Shown: one piece after another, positions 62,948-64,000 of the stretch
Position numbering within the stretch: the first letter of the stretch is position 1
How the letters are laid out: every line of letters starts with the position of its first letter
DNA from: Minisyncoccota bacterium
GTDB lineage: Bacteria; Patescibacteriota; Minisyncoccia; Minisyncoccales; RBG-13-42-11
NCBI GenBank assembly: GCA_016782605.1
Contig: JADHYE010000001.1
Coordinates: 11,128-75,127, forward strand
DNA length: 64,000 nt
Reading direction: 5' to 3'
Notes under the pieces: generated by a model
What the model was told of the DNA's origin: nothing
The model's database searches: none
The model's input: only the letters and a program-made list of their open reading frames with translations
Made by a program: the position numbers and the translations under genes

Positions 62948-62973
62948 AATCGTTGTTTTATTATAGAACTTTT

Positions 62974-63720
62974 TTAAGCTTCTGTTAATATTTTGCAGCC
63001 CTTTTCCGCTACAACAATAGTATGTTCAAAATGGCAGGATAAAGAATTATCAGCAGTTTTATAAGCGTGCCCGTCAGAAGCCAATTTGATTTTCCAGTCG
63101 CCTACGGCCAGCATCGGCTCAATGCAGAAAACCATTCCTTCTTTTATTTCAGGACCGCTCCTTCTTTTTCCGTAATTCAATATTTGCGGCTCTTCGTGAA
63201 CTTCTCTGCCAATTCCATGACCGCATAAGTCCTGTATAACGCTGAATCCCTGCGACTCAGCAAATCTCTGGATAGTATTGCCAATATCGCCAAAAGTATT
63301 GCCCGGCCTGACTTTTTTCAACCCTCTCTTTAAAGCTTTCTTCGTTGTGCGGATAAGCCTAGAAACTTCAGAGCTAACCTTGCCGACGGGCAAAGTCACT
63401 GCCATATCAGTATGAAAACCCTTATAAAGCATTCCTAAATCAAGGGAAATTATCTCTCCCTCTTTCAAGACACGATCTGAAGGAATAGCATGGACTATTT
63501 CCTCGTTTATCGAAGTACACAAACAATTAGGATAACCATCGTGTCCCTTAAAAGAACATTTTCCTCCGGATTTTAAAATCAGACTCTCGCTGAGCCTGTC
63601 TAATTCTTTAGTGGTAATTCCTGGCTTCACTTTCTTCTCCAACTCCTGCATAATCTTTGCCAGAATTTTACCGCCTGCTGCCATTATCTTAATTTCCTCT
63701 TTTGTTTTTATCGGAATCAT
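62974..63720 (-). CDS. map: type I methionine aminopeptidase
   Basis: 248 aa with the usual metal-ligand context (..ISLDLG.., ..GHGIG.., ..FCIEP.., ..HFEHT..). Confidence 0.95.
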   Translation of the reverse strand: MIPIKTKEEIKIMAAGGKILAKIMQELEKKVKPGITTKELDRLSESLILKSGGKCSFKGHDGYPNCLCTSINEEIVHAIPSDRVLKEGEIISLDLGMLYKGFHTDMAVTLPVGKVSSEVSRLIRTTKKALKRGLKKVRPGNTFGDIGNTIQRFAESQGFSVIQDLCGHGIGREVHEEPQILNYGKRRSGPEIKEGMVFCIEPMLAVGDWKIKLASDGHAYKTADNSLSCHFEHTIVVAEKGCKILTEA

Positions 63721-63831
63721 TTACCAAGTTTTTATTTATAAGTTCGATGAGATGAATCTCATTTCTCGCTCAATTTATATTTATCTCTCAAACGCGAAAT
63801 GAAATAAATATTTCATTGAGCAAACGCAGGT

Positions 63832-63901
63832 GGAAAAGAAGCTTTAGCTTCTTTGACCAAGCCGAGCTTCCGAAAGAGTCAAAGAGATAAATCTCTTTTC
63901 C
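63832..63901. repeat. 70-bp double-hairpin module (family G), inverted relative to its copies inside F1 and F2
   Basis: GGAAAAGAAGCTTTAGCTTCTTTGAC...GTCAAAGAGATAAATCTCTTTTCC. Homologous blocks lie at ~3669-3730 and ~33681-33739 on the opposite strand. Confidence 0.5.
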
Positions 63902-63966
63902 ATCTTTGTTTTCGCTATGCGAAAACTTGATAAACGAAGATGAAGAAGAGGATTTGTCCTCTTCGC

Positions 63967-64000
63967 TTACAGAGCTTTTAAAATATCTTTAAAAACATCT
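63967..64000 (-). CDS. 3' end of a gene truncated by the window edge (adenylate kinase expected by synteny)
   Basis: Minus strand reads ..DVFKDILKAL*. It lies upstream of map, as adk does in spc-operon order. Synteny guess only. Confidence 0.3.
   Translation of the reverse strand, partial: DVFKDILKAL

Noticed and set aside
1-64000. Transposase, integrase, phage, toxin or defence-system genes that could explain the mobile elements.
   Set aside because: None of the ORFs shows DDE, HUH, serine- or tyrosine-recombinase motifs that I can recognise. An autonomous partner, if any, must lie outside this window.

Overview
This is a 64-kb, AT-rich and very gene-dense chromosomal segment, coded almost entirely on the minus strand. 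Hand counts give about 33% GC in typical stretches. I support about 75 CDS, 7 tRNAs and one tRNA 3' fragment. I found no rRNA, CRISPR array, transposase, integrase or prophage genes.

The content is core housekeeping:
- Ribosomal protein blocks: rplJ-rplL; secE-nusG-rplK; and map...infA-rpmJ-rpsM-rpsK-rpsD-rpoA-rplQ-rplM-rpsI.
- Aminoacyl-tRNA synthetases: thrS, pheST, proS, and an alaS lacking the usual C-terminal region.
- Other core functions: gatCA and gatB, dnaE, holB, gyrB, and two mreB paralogs.
- A folate/dTMP cluster: folD-glyA-folA ... thyA-dCMP deaminase.
- A MacAB-like ABC efflux trio.

Gene content and architecture suggest a small-genome Patescibacteria/CPR-like bacterium. The cues are short genes, overlapping genes, few Shine-Dalgarno sequences, Lys-rich tails on ribosomal proteins, no rplA next to rplK, and RpoA without an alpha-CTD. 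This is inference only.

The standout signal is not a gene cluster but the intergenic DNA. At least three related families of hairpin-forming elements with terminal inverted repeats occur as 14 dispersed copies, plus one 29-bp in-frame copy inside miaB. All have 4-bp flanking direct repeats.
- For 10 of the 11 family A and B copies, the downstream repeat TATG supplies the ATG of the next gene, with zero spacer. A1 is the exception: it is flanked by TGAA and listed below.
- Two copies (A1 and C1) split ATGA stop/start overlaps and recreate a GTG start.
- Two copies sit inside CTTGACAT, a -35-like site.
- A reading frame starts at the upstream duplicated ATG and stops a few nt before the real start codon. 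It is kept even in a copy with an unrelated interior. This suggests, as a hypothesis, a translated relay that makes start-codon insertions tolerable in a genome largely lacking SD sequences.

Other repeat phenomena:
- Composite structured leaders are shared by rplJ, rplK and rpsK.
- A perfect 65-bp tandem duplication includes the nusB stop codon.
- Short palindromes sit in frame inside coding sequences.

Three GC-richer transcription units stand out compositionally. Two of them carry consensus promoter and SD signals.
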